This document shows positions 56,612 through 64,000 of a stretch of DNA of 64,000 bases, piece by piece. Made by a program: the position numbers and the translations under genes. The stretch comes from the human T2T-CHM13v2.0 reference genome, Homo sapiens, in NCBI RefSeq assembly GCF_009914755.1, contig NC_060936.1. One strand, 5' to 3'. Position 1 is the stretch's first letter. Each line of letters starts with the position of its first letter. Under the pieces are notes generated by a model. The model searched no databases, was not told where the DNA came from, and saw only the letters and a list, made by a program, of their open reading frames with translations.

Positions 56612-56866
56612 TAATATGACTGGTGTCCTTATATGAAGAGGAAATTGGACACAGACATATAGAGAGGTGAGATGACTGGGAGAAGATTGCCATCTACAAT
56701 CCAGGAGAGAGACCTTGAATACATTCTTCCCTGCTGGCTCCCACAAAAAGCCAACATTGCAGACATTTTGACTTCCAGCCTCCAGAACTGTAAAAAAATA
56801 AATTTCAGATGTTTAAATCATCCAATCTGTGGTAACTTGTTAAGGCAGCCCTAGCAAACAAATACA
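56612..56866 (+). mobile_element. MLT1 (A/B-like) LTR, 3' part
   Basis: atgactggtgtccttata.gaagagg, gacttccagcctccagaactgt, gcagccctagcaaac.aataca. Confidence 0.8.
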
Positions 56867-57104
56867 CACCAATTTATTCCATTTTTCTTTCCTCGATCAT
56901 GATTTTGGCATTTTATCTAAAAAACTAGTACCACACCTTAATCAGCTAAATCTTTTTCCCCTGTTTTATTTTTTTCTATTATTATTTCTATTTTTTCTTT
57001 CAGTAATTTGAAGATTTCAATTTGCATAACAAAAGCTTCCATCCTGGCTTTTGAACTTTAGGTTTCTCCAGACATACTTGTTTTGTTAAGAAGTATGCTA
57101 GTGT

Positions 57105-57390
57105 GTAAAGCCCCAAATCAAAGGTCAAACAGTGCACTTGATCTCTCAGGTCACCTGTTTGGCCCTCTTCCAAGTCTACTTTAGTTCCTTTCGTTTCTGT
57201 TCTAAAGCTTTTTAATAAACTTTCACTCCTGCTCTAAAACTTGCCTCATTCTCTCCTTCTGTCTTATGCCCCTCAGTGGAATTCTTTCTTCTAAGGAGGC
57301 AAGAATTTACGTTGTTGCAGACCTGTATGTGTTCGCCACTGGTAACATACTTTGGTGCCAGGTGACTCAGATACATTCTGCCGCTAACAG
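57105..57390 (+). mobile_element. MER4-group ERV1 LTR 3' part (MER50-like)
   Basis: ttaataaactttcactcctgctctaaaacttgcctc...gaattctttcttct.aggaggcaagaatt...gcagacc.gta. Confidence 0.65.
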
Positions 57391-57628
57391 AACCATATAC
57401 AAAATTGCAGCTATCTATGTTCAAACTACTAAAAAAAAAAAAAAGAAAAAAGAAAGAAAGGCAATTTGTTATGCTTCCACCTAATAGGTTGTCTTTTCTT
57501 TAACTCTTTAACATGACTCATAAATTTTCACTCTGAGATGTATTTGACAGGATTTACTTTTATTTCTCCTAGACATGTATTATTTCCTTTTTCTGAAAAT
57601 TTGTTTACTTTCAGTTATAAAAATCTTT

Positions 57629-57917
57629 AGCTGGGTGTGGTGTCTCACGCCCGAAATCCCAGTACTTTGGGAGGCCAAGGCAGGTGGATCACCTGAGGTC
57701 AGGAGTTTGAGACCAGCCTGACCAACATGTAGAAACCCCATCTCTATTAAAAATACAAAATTAGCCAGGCTTGGTGGTGCACGCCTGTAATCCCAGCTAC
57801 TCAGGAGGCTGGCTGAACCCGGGAGGTAGAGGTTGTGGTGAGCCGAGATCCTGCCATTGCACTCCAGCCTGAGTGACAAGAGCAAAACTCTGTCTCAAAA
57901 AAAAAAAAAAAAAAAAA
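57629..57917 (+). mobile_element. AluSp-like SINE with a short right-arm deletion
   Basis: cctgaccaacatg.agaaacc, ggttgtggtgag, caagagcaaaactc; lacks gaggcaggagaatc. Confidence 0.9.
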
Positions 57918-58599
57918 GCTATCTTTAAATATTCTCTCTCCACATTCTATTATCTCCTTCTAGATCTCCATTAGCTAAGAGAACTTCTTCCCCATCTTCT
58001 ATGTATTTTAACCTTTCTTTTATATATTCTTTTCATTTCATCTAATTGTGTTGTATTTTGTGTAATTGTACAATCTGATATTTCCTCCATTGAGGGGTAC
58101 TCTCTCCCTAATTAGTTTTATTGTTTTTTTTTTTCTAAGAGATCCCTTTGTCCTCAGTCAAAACTACCTGGTCATTTTTTTCCAGTCATCTGTTTCTACT
58201 CATAATTTCAATGTCCTCTTTTCACTTTTTTATATGCAGATATTATATTTTGCATCTGATGATTTCAATACCTGAATTCTTTTTAGGAAAGGTTGTGTTG
58301 TCTATTGTTTCTGTGGTGATTTTTCTGGTGATGATTTTTGATGTAAAGTTCAATGAAACTTTGTGTGAAATTCTTTGAGATCTATTTTGAATACGACATT
58401 CTGCAGAGAAGAATTGGATCTCCTTCTTCCATGCAGCTCAAGGGTCTACCAACGAGGAACCAATCTACAACAAATTTCAGCTTGAGGTTTCTCAGGTCAT
58501 AACTGTTTTGTTAATTTTGCCAATAAAAATAAGCTATGTAGGTCAAGCAGTATTATGTTTTAAGGGAAAAATATTATTGCAATATAGGTGGCTCTGAAT

Positions 58600-59450
58600 T
58601 TGCACATTATGAGAAGATATTTTTAGTTAGAGCTAAGTGAGCAAGAGGAAGGATATAGGAAACAATTTAGAATGGTGGTGAGGTAGGATGTCAGATTATT
58701 TAGTTCTTGCAGGTGTTTATAAGATTTTTCCCCCTATTTTAAGCAAGATAATACTTGGCGAGTTTGGAGGCAGTAACATTAATGTCAGCCTTTAATCTTT
58801 AGATACTCCTACATTGTACAGAATAAACTCATGCAAGAGCAAGTGTGAAAGGAGAAATGCCAGTTAAAGGTTTGTAATAATCTCTGTCAGAAATAGCAGT
58901 GAATTTAGACCAGAGTGTTAGCAATAAAAGAGTGGAGGTGGTCAGAATCTATATATATTGTAAATGTAGACTTTACAGATATTTGCTGGTAGATTGGATG
59001 TAGAATACGATGAAGTTTGTGAAGTCAAGAATGACTAAGTTCCTGGGCCTGGTAACAGGAAGAATAAATTTGCCACTAACTGAGAGACAAAGTCTGTAAG
59101 AGAAACCAATTTGGGGAAACAGAGCAGTAGAAAAGGAGATTTTTAGGCATGTTAATTTTGAGGTAGTATTAGATATATGCATTAGGAAATATTGAGTATA
59201 AAGTTGAATATACATCTCTGGAGTTCAGGAGATAAGTCTGTGCTGGAGACATAAATTTGGAAATTATCAGAATGGAAACAATATTTGTAACTGTGAGCCT
59301 AGATTAAATATCTCAGATATAGACCCGGAACAATCTATGTTTAAAGGTCAGAAAAATGGGAGACATCAGCACAAAATTTTTAGAAAAAGTGGAAAGTGAT
59401 GCAGGGGAAGAATTATGCATTGGAAGAATTCAATGAAGAAAATAGTTTAA
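58600..59450 (-). mobile_element. L2 fragment
   Basis: gatttgctg.tagattggatgt, gtcaagaatgact..aagtt..tggcctg, ctggagttcaggaga.aagtctg.gctggaga.ataaatttgg. Confidence 0.7.
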
Positions 59451-59789
59451 AAAGAGCCCCCCAAAATATGTGCATCTATTATGTATCAATAAAAATGTCC
59501 CCCTAAAAGTGAGAAGCAAGTGATCAACCATATCAGAGGATAAATAAAATAAAAATAAAATTTGTATTTTAAAAGAAAAAATGACTCTTATGTCTCTTTT
59601 GGTAGAGTTGTAAGATTAAAAGCATAAAAAGAATATTGATATGTTTCATATAACCTTACCAAAAACATGTTTTACTTTTCTTATATAATATATATAGAGA
59701 GAGTCATTTTCCCTCTTATCTCATTTTAATTACCATATATTAATCAGAATTTTAACTCTTAACCCTAGTAAGAACTTTTTAACTGTCAG

Positions 59790-60467
59790 TGAAACCACCT
59801 TTGCATAATTATGACTGAGACAGTGAAAGAGATCTGACTTAACCGACTCCATCTTGCTTCTAATCTCCAAGTGGTTCTTATTCATTCCTGAACAAAGGCT
59901 AAATTAACTTTAGGAGAAACTTGGTTTATAGTTTAAAACAAAGATGATAACAGCCCTTTCCCAAAGCAGATCTTCTTCTTGCTTGGTGTCTAGATTGCCT
60001 TTGTAGGACTAACATTAGGTACAAGATTAGAAATTATGGTTTAGGAATCATGCAGCTGGAGGCTACACGATTCTGACCCTCCCTAAACTGCTCCTAAGAT
60101 CAGTGTTTGAGATATTTTGCAGACCCTGCACTTGACGGATCAGCTGGCACCACCCAGATTGATAAACTGTCTCATCTGATCTTGTGGCCCCCAAGGAACT
60201 GACTCAGCACAAGAAGACAGCTTTGACTCCCTATGATTTTATCACTGACCAATCAGCACTCCTGGCTCACTGGCTGCCCCCTACCCATTGAGATGTCCTT
60301 AAAATCTCTGATCCCCAAATGCTATGGGAGACTGATTTAAATAATAATAAAACTCTGGTCTCCCATACAGCAGGATCGGAGTGAATTACTCTTTACTGTC
60401 ACTCCCCTGTCTTGATAAATCGGCTCTGCCTAGGCAGCATGCAAGGTGAACCTCTTGGGTGGTTACA
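59790..60467 (+). mobile_element. LTR8 (ERV1) solo LTR
   Basis: tgaaaccacctttgca...gactccatcttgcttctaa ... gcaaggtgaacc..ttgggtggttaca; 4-bp TSD TCAG at 59786-59789 and 60468-60471. Confidence 0.9.
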
Positions 60468-61441
60468 TCAGTTGCATGTCAACAATTTATGAGTACACAT
60501 TTTATAATATCTAGAAACATAGGCTTTCTAATGAAACATTTTTTCCAAGAATAATTAGAGATATTGAATATTAATATTTTTTTAGGACGGTAGCCACAAA
60601 GAACAGAGAAATGGGACAGTAGCTCTAAGGGATGCATGTCAAGGGAGGTTTTTTTTTTATAGAAAATGTTGTAAGTTTTTATGCCAATGAGTATAATCCA
60701 AGAGAAAGGAAAGAAGGAAAAAGAGAAAGCAAAGCAATAAGGCAGAAGAAAAAGGCGGCAGCAAGAACCCAACTTTTCACAGAGTTGTGCATTTTTCTCC
60801 AGCCACTTTCAGCTGTTCAGGCACAGGTTCAGAGTGGGCCATTAGTTAGTTTACTCCACATAGTTGCTCAGCATACAAACTGAGTAAAACAGTGGTAGAA
60901 TGAGGGAAATAAGTTGAGGAATTATGCAAGGGAGTGAGTATAATGATATGAATGAAACCTAAGTTAGATAAGGAAGGATTGGCGATGTGAGGTTTGTGAG
61001 GATAGTATGAAATCAATAATGAAGGATATAGTAGAGACAAGTGCTTGTTCATCTAAGTATTAACACAAAAAGTAGGAAATATGATACTATAAAGCATGAC
61101 TGAAAGATAAAAGGTGAAGTTAGAGGCATGGGATGTTTAAAGTTAAGATTGGGAATAAAATGCACTTATTAATATTAAGTTGGGAGCTCATGTAAGAGGT
61201 CAATCATAGCATAAGATCATTACTAAAGAATTAAAGAAGGATGAGAGTGAAATTACATGAAGATTGAATTTATCAGAATTTATGGCAGCAATTGTGCTAA
61301 AATCCTAAAGAATTGAAAGAAGTGACCCAGTGCTTTGCAGATAACTACAAAAAAGAGGAGAAATGGGTGGTGGTGTCTTACTGACCTGCTGAAACTGAAA
61401 ATTAGGGAAATTGTTATTTTATTAGGAATATGACATATGGA

Positions 61442-61776
<335 letters not shown>

Positions 61777-61909
61777 TTAACATTACTTAAATTGAGATTT
61801 ATCTTACAATTTATGGCATCTTACAATCACTGTCAGTCAGGCAGCCATTCTGACCTAATATTCATGCTTTTTATATAAAAAACTTCCTTATAGTTCCTGA
61901 TTGCACAAA

Positions 61910-61981
61910 AAGTGGTATATAAATGTTTCGTTGACTAAAACATGAAGAGGTTTTAGTCAACGAAACATTTGTATACCACTT
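61910..61981 (+). repeat. Near-perfect inverted repeat: 32-bp stem, 8-nt loop
   Basis: aagtggtatataaatgtttcgttgactaaaac-atgaagag-gttttagtcaacgaaacatttgtataccactt; one T.G pair. Confidence 0.97.
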
Positions 61982-62124
61982 AAACAAAGAATGCAATTCC
62001 TGGTTGTTGTTAGAAAACCAATTCATACTTTGTAGTAAGATCAAGAAAGCCTCAATAGCAAACTTCCAGAATGGGTGTCAATACTCTAACGTAAAATCCT
62101 CCAGTGGATCACTCTTTCAGGAAA

Positions 62125-62915
62125 ACCATATGAAAAAAATGCTCAATATCACTAGTCATTAGGGAAATGCAAATCAAAACCACACTGAGATACCAAACTT
62201 ACACTAGTCAGAATGGCTATTATTAAGAAGTCAAAAAATATCACATGCTGACAAGGTTGTGGAGAAAAAGAAAAGCTTATATACTGCTTGTGGGAATGCA
62301 AATTAGTTCAGCCACTGTGGAAAGCAGTTTGAAGATTTCTCAAAGAACTTAAAACAGAGTTACCATTTGACCTCAAAATCCCCTTACTGGGTATATACCA
62401 AAAAGGATATAAATCATTCTACCATAAAGATACATGAATGCATATGTTCATCACAGCACTGTTCACAATAGCAAAGATGTGGAATCAACCTATATGCCCA
62501 TCAATTGGATAAAGAAAAAGTGGTACATGTATACCATGGAATACTTTGCAGTCATTAAAAAGAACAAAATCATATCCTTCGCAGCAACATGGATGGAGCT
62601 GGAGGCCATTATCTTAAGCAAATTAACACAGGAACAGAAAATCAAATATCGCATGTTCTCACTCATAACTGGGAGCTAAACAGTGAGTACACATGGACCC
62701 AAAGAAGGAAATAATAGACACCAGGGCCTACTTGAGGATAGAGGGTGGGAGAGAGTGAGAATTGAAAAACTACCTGGGGTATTATGCTTATTATTTGCAT
62801 GAAAAAATTATTTGTACAACGAATCCCCATAACAATGCAATTTATACATTTAATAAACCTGCATATGTACCCCTTGACCCTAAAACAAAAGTTGAAAAAA
62901 AAAAATAAACCAAAA
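62125..62915 (+). mobile_element. 5'-truncated L1 (L1PA15/16-like) 3' end
   Basis: ORF2 C-terminus (WMELEAIILSKLTQEQK), 3'UTR and A tail; TSD aggaaa at 62119-62124 and 62916-62921. Confidence 0.9.
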
Positions 62916-63260
62916 AGGAAACGCTGTATCACAGTTGCAGCCCCTACCGCTAGGGTAGGGCCCAGTGCTCTGGACGGCACACTGGCGGCCATCGTGTGGA
63001 AAAATTTAGACTGTAATTTCTATGAGTGGAAAAGAGAATTGAAGTCCAATCTTCAATTGTTTGGAATTGTATAAAAACATATTAAATAACTATTTGATTT
63101 ATATTTTGCTTTTTATGTTTGAATGAAAATAATATATGATAAAAATATGTGTTTACCCTAAAACCATTCTTTAATAAAATTAAAATAAAAGCTGTAAGAG
63201 ATAAGAAAGTATTGTTTCATAGCTTAATTGGCAGGGAAATGTTTTCCTTCATGGCTATGA

Positions 63261-63909
63261 AGATTACAAGTGATCATGTAAAACACACACATTGATGATT
63301 TTTTTTAAAATGTACTTAGCACATACTAAAGATTCAGGATGAGCTGTCATTATAAGAGGAGATGGTATAATATTTCTGGCCCTAGTCTTTATATCACCAC
63401 TTTACTTCCTCTATCTTTTACCTCACCAGCTAAGGTATCTGCATTCTAATAAGCTCTCCAGGTGCTTCTCTAAAGTTTGAGAACGTCTTGCTCAGACTAT
63501 CAGGCTTAAACAAGTCTTCCTTCTTTCTACTTTTTCCCTCTCTCTGAATGATCAAACTGGTGGACTTTCTCTTCTGGTCACTTGCCTTCTGACAGTAGAT
63601 AAAGGTACAGGAAGTAGACAGTGAAAGACTCGGGGGCACACCTTGTTTTAATGCAGTGATCTGTCTCACCAGAGAAACTACAGCCCCATTGAATGCTGTA
63701 GACTCTGATCAATCAAGTAGCAACTCTTCTTGAAGGGAGGAGCTGGTAAGGTAAAAGATAGAGGTAAAGTGGTAATATAAAGACTAGGGCCAGAAATATT
63801 ATACCATCTCCTCTTACAATGATAGCTCATCCTGAATCCTCAGTATGTGCTAAGTACTTTTCTTAAAAAAATCATCAATGTATGTGTTTTACATGATCAC
63901 TTGTAATCT
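63261..63909. repeat. Long inverted repeat: arms 63261-63431 and 63741-63909, 309-bp spacer
   Basis: Manual alignment gives about 92-93% identity, including a 42-bp perfect core. Confidence 0.97.
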
Positions 63910-64000
63910 CCAAAATATGCCTACAGTGAGGTAATATTATTGTTTTCAATTTAAAGTAATTGAGCCTTAAAAGAAACTATATATTAATATTTACAGTTGA

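Noticed and set aside
62961-62981. REST/RE1-like motif
   Set aside because: Too many mismatches in the CAGCACC half-site.

Overview
Primate (very likely human) intergenic DNA: AT-rich, repeat-dense, with no supportable host protein-coding gene. Every ORF in the supplied track is either retroelement-derived (L1, Alu, THE1/MST, Kanga) or short with no recognisable product. The only gene-like feature is a degenerate tRNA-Gln(CTG) at 31282-31354. From memory, unverified, it matches human tRNA-Gln-CTG-10-1 on 12q21. The rest is a layered transposon record: a complete two-LTR THE1 element, a 5.9-kb L1PA with a 2.9-kb 5' inversion, a second twin-primed L1, nine Alus (one nested in another), solo LTRs, DNA-transposon fossils and MIR/L2 remnants. 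I found no convincing novel multi-gene system. The most interesting signal is a series of locally created inverted repeats, mostly inside otherwise recognisable repeats, that look like replication template-switch products. These include a 32-bp-stem pre-miRNA-like hairpin (61910-61981) and a ~170-bp-arm inverted duplication (63261-63909). Repeat subfamily names come from recalled consensus motifs, and boundaries of old repeats are approximate.
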